A stretch of 49,815 bases of DNA from Catajapyx aquilonaris (Eukaryota), in NCBI GenBank assembly GCA_000934665.2, contig JYFJ02002857.1, positions 1 to 49,815 on the forward strand. Reading direction: 5' to 3'. Every line of letters starts with the position of its first letter. The stretch's first letter is position 1. The position numbers were made by a program, and so were the translations under genes. Below are positions 37,464-49,009 of the stretch, piece after piece. The notes under the pieces were generated by a model, which worked only from the letters and a program-made list of their open reading frames with translations, did not search any database and had not been told where the DNA came from.

Positions 37464-38251
37464 CTAGTCCATTGCAGAGTCCATGTACTCAGAACACTCC
37501 TGAAATATGATTCGAGTTGAATATTTGATTGCTCTCATTAGTAAGTCAGATTGTTAAATACCTGAGTGTAAGCCCTCCATTCGCAGTCGATCACTTTTGT
37601 CGCTTTCTTGCAGACGTCATCGCCATGAGAAGCAGCTGGGTGTAGGTAATATATAGCAACATTAGTCTAATCCATGGTTTGTGACAGATATTTCAAATAT
37701 AGAGAAAAATCATTCTATGTGAAGATAATGACGTACCTCCCAGGCACCGTTGAGTGTTGGCAGCCACTAGTTCCCTGAAGTTCTCATATTTATCATTAGG
37801 CATTACTATTTTTGCGTATTCTTCTGGTATTACATTATCATCATAGCCCATCTGTAAGAGATTAGAGAAACACATCATCCCATAATGTGTCTACCCTATA
37901 TGAATAATGGTGTGAAATTGTCCTACCGCTCCGTAACGGTCCAACACACATGCATCGAGGCACTGGAAAATAATCCAAACAAATTAATACACTAATATGT
38001 AGACTGAGCAAAATGGTTACTTACATTTGGTTCAATCCCAGCATGCTGGCATATGTGCTCATTATTTACCCACATGTCGAATGCACTATTGCCTACTTCT
38101 CTGGGAAATGTGCAGTAGCTTTCCGTCTGTGGTATTACAAGATTGAACATACCATTTATATGTACTATACTTGCACTGTACCTACATCATCAGCTGCTGC
38201 ACCAACAGCGAAGAACAGACAGAAGACCAGAATCATACCAGTAGGATTCAT
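37464..38251 (-). CDS. 8-Cys OBP-like protein 12
   Basis: MNPTGMILVFCLFFAVGAAADD|TESYCTFPREVGNSAFDMWVNNEHICQHAGIEPN|CLDACVLDRYGA|MGYDDNVIPEEYAKIVMPNDKYENFRELVAANTQRCLG|AASHGDDVCKKATKVIDCEWRAYTQ|ECSEYMDSAMD*. Confidence 0.86.
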
Positions 38252-38701
38252 TGCAGGACACTACTATAAATACAAGTCGGTTCAATAACTAGCTGGAACT
38301 ACACATTTGCGCACTAATATATGCTAAAATATATCACTAAATTGGGCTCTCATTTCCTGGCTTGGGTCATTAAAACTTTGCTATACATAATTAATATCAT
38401 TTGCATTAGATTGATGTTGATGAAAACGGAAATTGATCAGATTCTATGCAAAACAGTGTTAATTGTCAAAACTATCGCAGCTTTAAATTAGACACTATCC
38501 AGGTGGAGCTACCGGATATCCTCTAAAAACTGAGTACATATCTGTTGTTATTTCACTGAATAATAATTATATATAATTAATGGCTAGCGTTACATTTCAC
38601 ATTTTATGTAAGTCCTGTAATTGGTCATTCATGCAGTTAGGATGGTGCAATGTAAACAATGAGTAAGGTTCATGCAGTTGTTTATTCAGATCTTTCAGTG
38701 C

Positions 38702-39404
38702 TCACATGAAGCTACCGCATATCTGTAAAAATGAAGTTACACATGTACGACTCATACTAAAAATTACAATGTCACATAACTTATTACCTCTACAAAAGTG
38801 TCCATTGCACACACGATGACTTCTATTGGTCGAACTGTGTCTCCACATTCATCTTCAGAGCCATTTGCCTCTGCAATTGTTCGCATTTTAACATGAGAAC
38901 ACCATTTAACTTAAGCCAAACTCACCTTCTTGAGCACAGGTGGCAAGTGTCTCTGTTGCAAACTCTTTGAAGTCATCATAACCTTCGCCTGGGATTAGGA
39001 AGTCAATATAGGCTTCTGGTTTCAGTTGGCCTTCATCATCAACCTGCCTCGGAACATTATTACTCACACTGTATGTCCCCAAAAAAATGGTCACCAGCTT
39101 ACCAATTGGAGTTCCTGGAATACGCATGCCTGAGCAGCACACTGAAAAGACACAATTATTAGAACATGTGACACAGTATATGATTTAGTTTCAAACCGCA
39201 TCTGGCAGATCCTGACACTTGACACCGGCTTCATAGATGTGCATTCTAGATGCTTCAGATAGGCCTTCAGGGTAGTGGCAGAAATCTGGCTGAAATGTTT
39301 TTTCCATTAAATGGCAACAATCATTAAACATTTGAATCACTTCTTACAATGTCTTCTGCAGCCACAACAGCTGAGAAAACAAGCAACGACACGAGGAGGA
39401 TCAT
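38702..39404 (-). CDS. 8-Cys OBP-like protein 13
   Basis: MILLVSLLVFSAVVAAEDI|PDFCHYPEGLSEASRMHIYEAGVKCQDLPDA|CAAQACVFQELQL|VDDEGQLKPEAYIDFLIPGEGYDDFKEFATETLATCAQE|EANGSEDECGDTVRPIEVIVCAMDTFVE|ICGSFM*. Confidence 0.86.
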
Positions 39405-39840
39405 TGTCGACAATGTGATGAGCGTCTTCTTCATCCAAATGATGCACTATTGACCTATTTTGGTTGCACCATTTCCGCATATAAGTGATTGCATTTTAGG
39501 TGCAGGAAATTATATAATTTGTTTGCTCATTTGCTTACGGAAATGCGTCTCTCAGTGAGGTCATCCGTATATTTCCCTAATAATAGAGAGATATTAGCAG
39601 CCCATGTTGTGTACACTAGTGGTTGTGCAGTAGTGATGTAGATATTGCACTCATAAATAGAGTACAGAGTGACACTATTTGCAGGATGACTAATTCAGGA
39701 ACTCAAAATATTTTTCACTTTAATTAAATCACCACTATGCAAGTTTACAAAAAATCATGTAACTAGTGACATTCTACACATTGTTGAGTGTTGCTATAAG
39801 CAGCTCCAATTTTCATTGCAGTCACTGTTTCTTCTGCAAC

Positions 39841-40798
39841 TTATATTCTGACGCATGCCTGAAAGTAAGGTAAAAGGTAATGTTACATTGGAGTGCAACA
39901 TACTGTACAACAAGCCGCACCTGAAATCTGGCTTCTATTGCACAATCCAATGTAGACACTGGTCTTGGACATGCCGATGTGGGTGAGATGTCTGCATAGG
40001 CTGTAGAGTAGTTAAAAATTAATTGTGATTTTAGGAAAGACAATGCATTGACACAAAGTGAATTAGCAGTCACTTACGGTCAAGTTTGCATTTGGCAATT
40101 TTCTCGGCAAAAAAGGCTCTTGCTTCATCATAGCCGTCCTTAGGATACATTATATCCACAGCCTTATCTATTAATAAGTCTCCATCCTCACCAACCTGAA
40201 GTGCAATGCAATGCAAACAATTACAAGTGTTTGTATTACATTAATTTCAACGGAAGTTAACATTCATACATACCAGGTGAAGTGTTTCCATCACACATTT
40301 TGTGACCTTACACTGTAATGATAACATTAATAAACTAAAGTAAAATGCAGTTGTCATGCATAAATCTTGTACGTAAAGCATAGGTGAACTAGTGTGAAAT
40401 GTTTTCTTTTGTCATAAAATGTCACAGTAATTTGACCTTATATTTGGTAGAAACTCGACACATTTCTTTAGCTGCAACCATTGCTCCAGCTTGATCTTCT
40501 TGCTCAGACTGAGAAGGTACGGCACAACGGCTAGACTAAAATATAAAAAATAGTGACCAAAAAAGTACAGGATATGCAAAATATCAGATTGTTAATAGCA
40601 GATCAATATTATGCTGTAAAAGAGATATAAAGTAATCAGAAATATCTTACATGCAGCCGCCTGTACTGAAGCTAATGAATAATTTCATAATGAACTGATG
40701 AGTAATGAGTGTCAAGCTATTTTACTTACAGCATAACCTGCTACCAAATTTGCAGTAATAAGCATGGAAGCCAAAATTCTGATGGCTGTTGCCTTCAT
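39841..40798 (-). CDS. 8-Cys OBP-like protein 14 (possible extra 15-nt microexon)
   Basis: MKATAIRILASMLITANLVAGYA|(YRRLH)|SSRCAVPSQSEQEDQAGAMVAAKEMCRVSTKYK|CKVTKCVMETLHL|VGEDGDLLIDKAVDIMYPKDGYDEARAFFAEKIAKCKLD|PYADISPTSACPRPVSTLDCAIEARFQ|ACVRI*. Confidence 0.85.
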
Positions 40799-41670
40799 GA
40801 TGGTGTAAACAGTAATGTAGCAGATTGTGCCAAAAAGGTTGTTTCCACATTTACATGCATTATCAAAAGTTCACTAATAATTAGTATGAAAGGAAGCATG
40901 CTATCGATAGGCTACGCAGTTCTGCATGTTGATTCTGAAGATATTTGCTAGCATTTCCTGAATAGTGGTCGTATAGTGTGGATATTATGTTGGTTTTAAT
41001 TGATCGATAAAACGACTTATGAACATTTTAGCTACTCGAAGCTTGAAAAGTACACATTATATGAAATTCTCAATTTTTCGATGTCGATAATTAAAATTGC
41101 CGATGTTAGAGACCGATACTAATAGTAGTATGCGAATGTATCAGTTCACATGCCTGACTATAACATTCTTATAAGTTAATCTTTGATGTGAAAAATGCAA
41201 AATTTTCAGTGTATTATTATGCTGCATATTTCCAGTGGTTCAAAAACAATGAGAAATGACAATGATTGTTTCGTCTGAACTTTTATTTAGTACTTTCATT
41301 TCCAATGCAGTTCCAAATAGTACATTCAATCCTGATCCTTTCTAATATATTGCTTCACATCGGATATTGTAGGGACTCTGATTGGGGTTATTACAAGATC
41401 CAGAAAAAAATTATATTACTACATTAGCTTACAAATGAGCAATGATAAAAGTCTAAAGGTTGGGTTCATTACTGAAAATATTGAAATGACATTGTTAAAC
41501 AGAAAACACGATGCGGAATGTGCCTGTTTGAATAAAAAAATGATCCTCCACACTTTACACTCCCATCAAATTCCCCAATATCACACTCTCATCGCTTTTA
41601 ATATATATTTTTTCATATGACAATACTAAGATTACAAATTTGTAAAATAAAATTGTCAGTCACATCAAGC

Positions 41671-42255
41671 CTATGAAGGTTGCTCTAATTTTATCTTCTT
41701 ACGATTGTCCAAGCTTACAAATTCAGATATCCCATCATGTGAACACAACATTTCCTCTGGTCCTAATTCCAGTTCATCTATGATAGATGGCACATCATTT
41801 CCCTTCCTAACATTTTCACACTCTGGAAGTTCATGCATTAGAGTTGGCTTCACATCACAATCATAACTATCTGTTTGGCAGGCTGCTTCCTTGGTGAAAG
41901 GATGGGCCATTTCAGTAGAAGCATCTTTCATGCCAGTCTCCGCTAAAAAAGTCATTGTGGACTGAAGTAGTTTCTTCCTTTGGCAACCTGATCTTCCACG
42001 AACAGCTGACCTCTTGAATCTCACTGCTATCATGATGTTTGATCTGTTACGCTCTGAGAGAACAATCTTCAATTCATCCTCCAAGACTGTCCCCAGGTCC
42101 AACTTGGCTTCTTGACATTTCTCTGCGACACTCAGCAAAGTCTCCGCTGGCACCCTAACACGCAGCCTTGAATTTTCCTCACGTATGGAAAAGGTCTTTA
42201 GTAAATCCTTCGAGATCATTGGCATCTTCTTCACATTCATGGCGCACATTGTCAT
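41671..42255 (-). CDS. Uncharacterised protein, copy A (194 aa), putatively nuclear
   Basis: The frame is conserved with paralog 43902-44633 despite many substitutions and in-frame indels. There is a splice acceptor just upstream (~42305) and a C-terminal RKKIKLE. Confidence 0.6.
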   Translation of the reverse strand: MTMCAMNVKKMPMISKDLLKTFSIREENSRLRVRVPAETLLSVAEKCQEAKLDLGTVLEDELKIVLSERNRSNIMIAVRFKRSAVRGRSGCQRKKLLQSTMTFLAETGMKDASTEMAHPFTKEAACQTDSYDCDVKPTLMHELPECENVRKGNDVPSIIDELELGPEEMLCSHDGISEFVSLDNRKKIKLEQPS

Positions 42256-42417
42256 TCACATGAAACTCTTCACCACCCACCAGGCTCTGTCCGTTCTTCC
42301 ATCTCTGAAATACAGGAATTATTGTAATGTAATATCTAAAAGCGAAGTCAGCACAACTTTGTACAGTAAGTAAGTAAGTTTATTACCACACACCCCAGCG
42401 ATGTGACTACATCAAAG

Positions 42418-42447
42418 TGGGGGGGGGGGGGGGGGGGGGAGTCTCAN
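42418..42447. other. Poly-G run and N base: probable assembly junction or low-quality site
   Basis: About 22 G followed by an N at 42447. Confidence 0.7.
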
Positions 42448-43901
42448 GGGGAGGTTCAAAATTAAAACATGATTGAATCGGTCTGGAGGTGAATTCGGAA
42501 AATTCTGTAAATACTTCAATCTTGGCGCTGAGCCAAAAGTACACTCATAGATCACATGGAACAGGTCAAATCTGTCCGGGATATTACATAAGGAAGTGTT
42601 TTCCTCTGAATTCAGCGGAATCCTATAGCCATTTATAAATAAATAGTGTGAGCTGTTACGTAAATTTATTATGACACACAACTTTGTACAGTAGTCTCTG
42701 GATATAACAGACAGGGACCGCAGAAATCAGTTTGCCGTCTAATATCAACAGCATTTCTTGTAATAACATGAAGCATGATAAAGAAATAATAATAATTGTA
42801 CGAATACACATGTACAATACACATGTCTCATGTGCAGAGATATAAACTGGGTATTAATAAAAGATTCAATTTCATGGAACATTTTGTAAGCATGGCAAAT
42901 ATTGCGAACTGAGCATTCGCAATCCCCGTCGGCTTACATATTTGCCGCAATACCGACTGTCAACATACCAACAGTGTAGGTACGACCCACAGGCATTTTT
43001 GTACAGGCCCCCACCATCCTGCAGCACTTACCAGGAGACTTTTATGGCATCAAAAAGGAATGCTGAAGACTCAGCATGTAATTTTCTCTCTCCAACTGAC
43101 CATGGTGTCAGTCCTGTCACCTCTAGTAAGCTTATTCGACACTCCTTCTGCACTATTTTCATGCTTGTAGTCCCCCACCCCACTCGTTATCTGCGAATTT
43201 TTTAAAAAACTGAAATTTTAAAAATATCCAGCACACATTTTTATTTCAATTCATTATGCCAAATTGATGTGTTTCAACTTTCTTAACCCCCGAAAGTTAC
43301 AGCCACTACAGTCACCAGTGTATCAGTTCACATGCCTATAACATTATTGTACTAACTGTAAGCTAATTTTTGATATGACACAATCATGCTGTTTTTTTTT
43401 TGGTGAAATGTAGTATAAAATATTAGTCATATTACAGTGATTCCACCGACTGGCCAAGGTTCGAAAATGATGAGAAAATAGAAAACGACAATTTCTTCTG
43501 AACTTTTATTTAGTAACTGTTTCAGCCCAGCCAGATTATTTCCCATTGATTCATGTCAGATATACTGTAATAGGAAATCTGGGGATACAAGTTCACTTAC
43601 AGTCAGATTCAGAAATAAATTACATACTCCACTAGCTTACAGATAAACAAAGGTAGGGTTTATTTGTTACTAAAAAGTTATTAGCTAGGATGGTATAATG
43701 GAAAAGACATGATTTTTAAACAGCAGGTATGTGATGCCGAATGTGCACGTTTGAAGTAAAAATGATCATCTGCACTTTACACTCCCATGAGATTCCCCAA
43801 TATCACTATCATTGCTTTTAATTCCTTAAAAAAATATTATAGTACTAAGATTACATAAAAAATAAAATTGTCAGTGTCTAATAAGAGTCACATCAAGCCT
43901 A

Positions 43902-44633
43902 TCAAGGCTCCTCTAATTTAATCTTCTTACGATTGTCTAAGCTTACAAATTCAGATATCCCATCATGTGAATACAACATTTCCTCTGGTCCTAATTCCAG
44001 TTCATCTATGATAGATGGCACATCATTTCCCTTCCTAACATTTTCACACTCTGGAAGTTCATGCATTAGAGTTGGCTTCACATCAAAATCATAACTATCT
44101 GTTTGGCATGCTGCTTCCTTGGTGAACGGATGGATCATTTCAGTAGAAGCATCTTTCATGCCATTCTCGGCTGGGAAGTGGCCTGCTGGTTTCTTGGTGA
44201 CTCGACGGGTCATTTGAGTAGAAGCAACTTTTTTGCCCTTCTTGGCTGGAAAGCTGCATGTTTCTTCCTTGGTGACTGGATGGGCCATTTGAGCAGAAGC
44301 AACTTTCTCCGCTAGAAAGGTCGTTGTGGACTGAAGATGTCTTTTCCTTGCGTTACCACCCCTTGTTCTACGAATGCATGACCTCTTGCATGAGACATTT
44401 ATCATGAGGCTCGATCTGTTGCGCTCTGAGAGAACAATCTTCAACTCATCCTCCAAGACTGTCCACAGGTCCACCTTGGCTTCTCGACATTTCGCTTCAA
44501 CACTCAGCAAACTCTGCACTGGCACCCTAACACGTAGTCCTGAATTTGCCTCACATATGGAAAAGGTCTGGAGTAAATCCTCCGAGATCACTGGCATCTT
44601 CACACTCATGGCACACATTTTCATTCGCATGAA
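43902..44633 (-). CDS. Uncharacterised protein, copy B (~243 aa) with three ~23-25-aa internal repeats
   Basis: Paralog of 41671-42255. Repeats are AEKVASAQMAHPVTKEETCSFP / AKKGKKVASTQMTRRVTKKPAGHFP / AENGMKDASTEMIHPFTKEAACQTD. Confidence 0.6.
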   Translation of the reverse strand, partial: FMRMKMCAMSVKMPVISEDLLQTFSICEANSGLRVRVPVQSLLSVEAKCREAKVDLWTVLEDELKIVLSERNRSSLMINVSCKRSCIRRTRGGNARKRHLQSTTTFLAEKVASAQMAHPVTKEETCSFPAKKGKKVASTQMTRRVTKKPAGHFPAENGMKDASTEMIHPFTKEAACQTDSYDFDVKPTLMHELPECENVRKGNDVPSIIDELELGPEEMLYSHDGISEFVSLDNRKKIKLEEP

Positions 44634-44934
44634 ACTAGTCACCACCCACCTGGCCCTGTCCGTTCACCCCGCTCGCTCTCTGAAATACAGGAATTATTGT
44701 AATGCAATTTCTATAAGCCTAATCCTAATTTGTCCCCAATTGCGCACTTCTTGCATCTCTCATATTCTGCGGCATGCACGGCGTCTAACATCAACCACAT
44801 TTTTTGTAAAAACATGACGCATGGTACAAGAATAATTGTACTACAAGTACGCTTGTACATAGTGTACAATACCCATATCTTATGAGCCGAGATATAAACT
44901 GGGTATTCATAAAAGATTCAATTGTATGCAAATT

Positions 44935-47875
44935 TTAGTCCAACCGGCAGGCACCATAACAAACCGCAAGGCTGCAAACCGGTAGGCATACACTTTCGCC
45001 AATACTGACCTGGTGGGTACGACACACATACATTTTCGTACACACCTTCCTGCAGCAATTACCAGGAGACTTACGGCAACAAAAGGGAGTACTCTGAGGA
45101 CTCTTCAGCGTGGGGTCTTCCTTCTCCAACAACAACAACTGACCATGCTGTCTAGCTGTCAGCCTGTCACAAGACAAGCCTGGTAACCTAATTCGACACC
45201 AGATGGCTCTGGCGGGCACTTTTGTCTCCACATGAAGGTGAAGGAGGTGTCGCCATCTGCCAGAAACTGAGTTTGTTACATTGTCAACGCCATGATGGTG
45301 GCCAGCAACGAGAGGCCGGATGACCCCAATGGTGACCCTCGTCCGACTCCCATGCCCTCCGGGGTGAGAGACGCAGTGCATCTTGTGCAGAGGCATGTTC
45401 CGGAGACGGTAGTGGTGTCCGTCGGCAGGGAAGGTGCATTGGGTGTCCTTCAGCACGGGACGCGGAGGGTACTTCATCAGTGACATCACATTGTCCTGCT
45501 TGCCCTCCAGCCACTCCTTGTACCAGCGTAGCTCACAGTCGCACACGAGAGGGTTGTCTGATAAGTACCAAAAGACCGGGGTCAAAAAGTGGTACCCACA
45601 ACATCAGGACTCGCTCCCATTATTGTATGACCAGAGCATCAAGTCATGATTGGTTAATTTGTTTGCATTTGCTTGATGACAGCGACCAATGTTGTCAATA
45701 ATGTAACAGTTTAACAGGACATTAATCTTGTCATGGCCTGTGCATTAGCCCTCTGTAGGATGGAAATTAATGTTACTGACATTGAGCAGTGCAATAGTGA
45801 AACACATCGTCATTATCATGTCCATGTCCATCATATAATAATTATCGTCATGAAATGAGACTTGATTTCCAGAATGATCATATCAGTCATTTTTCTTCAA
45901 ACACTTTTCATCAGCAGATAATAACAGACTTCATTATCAAAAAGTGGTAATCAATATCTAACTTAAATTCCCCCAATATGTGACTGATTTTTCGGCAATT
46001 ATCAGCAACCAACCGTGCAAATCGATAACTTCAAGGGTGTCAAGCAAGGGTTCCATCACTTCATACATCAAGTGACTGATGTTGTTGTTGGAGAGATACA
46101 GCCACTCCAGAGAGTGCAGATCAACAAGGGCCATCGTGGCTATGGTCTTGATCCTGCATGGAGTGTAAAGACCCATACACACAGGCCGTCGACGGTTTTG
46201 GTCTTTGGTCGCATTGACCCCGCGGACCAATCATGACTCATGCAAACAAGCTCAACACTTGTGTTGCGCTTGTTGATTGGTCCGCGGCGCCAACGCGACC
46301 AAAGACCAAAACCGTCGACGGCCTGTGTGTATGGGCCTTAAGGATAACTACTGTCCACAAACCAAGACAACAATCAGACTTACTTGTTCTCCTGAAGGAA
46401 GAGAATCTTGATGGTATCTCCGTATCCTTGGAAGGCGTCTTCCTGGATGTGGGATATGTTGTTGCAGCAGAGCTCCAGCCGAGGAAGGTGGTACAGACGA
46501 CGGAGCGGGGCCGAAGGGATCACTTGGATGTTGTTGTGACCCAAGTAGAGCCACGTCAATTGATCTGCAGACAGGCAACAAAAAACAAGATGTTTGTATG
46601 ACATGTGGAGCTGGAGTCACGCCATACCTTCCAGCCCTTCGAAAGCATCATCGTCTAAGTGCGCAATGTTGTTGTACTCCAGATCCAAGTCTTTCAGATT
46701 TTTCAGATCGTTGAAGACTCTTCCGTTCAATCTGGACAGCTTCTTGTGCCTCAGGTTCAAGGTGTCCAATTTGGATAAACCTATGGAAATGTTGGTGTTA
46801 CATGCACCGTTGCGTCATATCAACACCTCTGCTCCTCTACAGACCTCTTTCACTTTCTTAAAAACAATTCAGATAATAAATTCAGCCACAAATCACGTAC
46901 ACCTACGAGTACTCAATATACCTATGAAGTGTCCTTCCTCAATGTTGGTAATCTGATTCTCTTGCAGTTCCAACCTCTCCAAGTTGGACAGCCTGGACAG
47001 AGCCACGGTCGGAATGGACGACAGCTGGTTTTTGCCTACATTCAGCCGAGTCAATTTCCTGCCGTACAAAAATAATTGATGCTCATCATTATCATGCCAA
47101 CTTTGTCAGGAAAATATTGCCCACTTATCTTGTTCGACTGACCTTTCCAAGCCGATGAAGGAGCCGTCTTCTACATTGCTGATCATATTGCAGTAGAGAG
47201 TGAGGGACTTCAACTTGGCCAGGCCATCAAAGGCTCGGTCGTGCAGTCCTGTGATCTTGTTGTAGCTTAGAATCAAGTAGGTTAGCTGGTGGAGTTTGTG
47301 AAGAGCCGAAGACGGAGGAACGGTGCTCAACATGTTCTTGTACAAATCTAGACTTTGCAAGCCGGTTTCTATGGACGAATCTTCGATCATGGCCAGGTTA
47401 CTGGGATGTGGAAAACAAAACAGTGACACCTTGTATTGCACTCTTTTACATTATTTTGTAAAATGGCCAGTAAACACAAAATGATCCTGACCTGTTGGTG
47501 ATTTGCAGGTGCCTGATGTCCACCCCGAGGAAGATGTGATCCTGCAGAGTGGACATGTTGCTCTGCTTGACTTTGAGGTAGATGATGACCACAGGCTTGT
47601 CCTTGAACACACTCATTGCCTTCTTGACATGATCCCCATCAGTGTTCTCGCAGGTCACGTCCAAACCCCTGCTCTCGACGATGCACAAACAAGGGTAGAT
47701 CTCCGTCGAGACTGGACATGTTGACTGACCTTTCTGTTTATGACATCAACATTAATATTCCGGACATGGCCAATTGTGTTTTCAAACTGACCGCAGCACA
47801 GGTGAGGACAACCAGAAGCCCAACCAGCAGCAAGTGATGGTCTCTCCTGGACCATTTCCTGCTTCCCAGCCACAT
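44935..47875 (-). CDS. Extracellular leucine-rich-repeat protein (signal peptide, LRRNT, multiple LRRs, LRRCT), 8 coding exons; C-terminus probably frameshifted
   Basis: MWLG...LLLVGLLVVLTCAA|KGQSTCPVSTEIYPCLC...LDVTC, repeated LxxLxLxxNxI units, and DNPLVCDCELRWY...C. Exons splice in frame with GT-AG. The likely ancestral stop is at 45276-45278. Confidence 0.82.
46169..46338. mobile_element. PIF/Harbinger-type palindromic MITE in LRR intron
   Basis: ~60-bp inverted arms (CCCATACACACAGGCCGTCGACGGTTTTGGTCTTTGGTCGC...) flanked by a TAA TSD at 46166-46168 and 46339-46341. Confidence 0.82.
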
Positions 47876-48191
47876 GATCACCACTGGAATAAGCTTACGA
47901 GGGCCAGAAACCACAACTCCCGAAGGAGGATGTGATCAAATATACATTATTTTTGTCAGAAGGCATATGGCTCTTCTTATTCGCACAACATCAGTTGTTA
48001 TTAATAGGAATACATCCGGCAGATAAGGGGCCGCACACATATTACTGCAACTACTTGCTAAGGGTTGCTTTCTCGAGAATCTGGAATAGCACCTGCTGAT
48101 ATTAGGTCCAATGCCTATGTACCAATTAATGACCTATTTATTTACACAACCAGGTCTGTCCGGTTCGACGGGTTAGCCCTCTGATGGGCAG

Positions 48192-48270
48192 CTCGTGACC
48201 TCTTCTGAATCCCTCCAGCGAACACCAAAATGGGCCGTGTTCGCTGGAGGGATTCAGATGAGGTCACGAG
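48192..48270. repeat. 79-nt hairpin (34-bp stem, 1 mismatch, 11-nt loop)
   Basis: CTCGTGACCTCTTCTGAATCCCTCCAGCGAACAC pairs with GTGTTCGCTGGAGGGATTCAGATGAGGTCACGAG. Confidence 0.9.
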
Positions 48271-48876
48271 GTCTTGGTGAAAAAGTAACGTTTGTTGTTC
48301 TTATTTATTTATTTTATTTTATCCCCTCTCATTAACTCATCATCTCAACATTATTTTTCTTTGAACTTCTGTGGGGAAGAATGTTACATGGTCAACTCCA
48401 TCTATACCTTAGTAATTAATCTCGACTTTAATGATAAGTCGAGAGCTCGTGATGAAAACTTTGTAATAGCCTACCTCAGGCTACTACACCGCTTCTTGGG
48501 TAAACTTTTAAAAAAAAAGTGCCCCTCCTTTCGAAAATAAAAACAGTCTCTGCAGTTCCTCAGCAGCTTCTGACGTCACAGCACAAGAAGGAAGTCATCT
48601 TATCACTCCCAGTCTCCGAAGAATCTTACCTATACTTCTTGCCTGGAGAGAAAAGCGAGGAAGAAACTAGCTCCAAGTATCGTGTGTTTCATAAGTAAGA
48701 TCACGTCCGTATAAGGGTTGAATATGATAATAATCACTATGCAATACAGCATTTGTCCATGGAAATTCATCGTCATATTCGTGTTTCTTAGGTCACAATG
48801 ACTCATAATTACCATTCCTTTTGTCTTCGATCAGTGTTTGACCTCGGGGCAGTCAAAACACAAAAATTCTCAAATG

Positions 48877-48948
48877 TAGGGGTTTTCCCAATAAAGTGGG
48901 CCTAAATGTTTCTAGACCATCTCGAATTTTGCTGAAAAAATCCCAACT
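48877..48948. repeat. Dispersed repeat fragment, copy 2
   Basis: Matches 3846-3920. Confidence 0.6.
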
Positions 48949-49009
48949 GGTGACCGGTACTGAGATCAGTAATTTTTCTTCAAATATTTGGACGGTGTGA
49001 TCAGCAACC

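Noticed and set aside
48330..48693. Possible small gene starting MKHTILGASFFLAFLS with a downstream PSCAVTSEAAEE segment reminiscent of OBP exon 2
   Set aside because: There is a stop before the donor, no in-frame splice path, and the remaining cysteine exons are absent.
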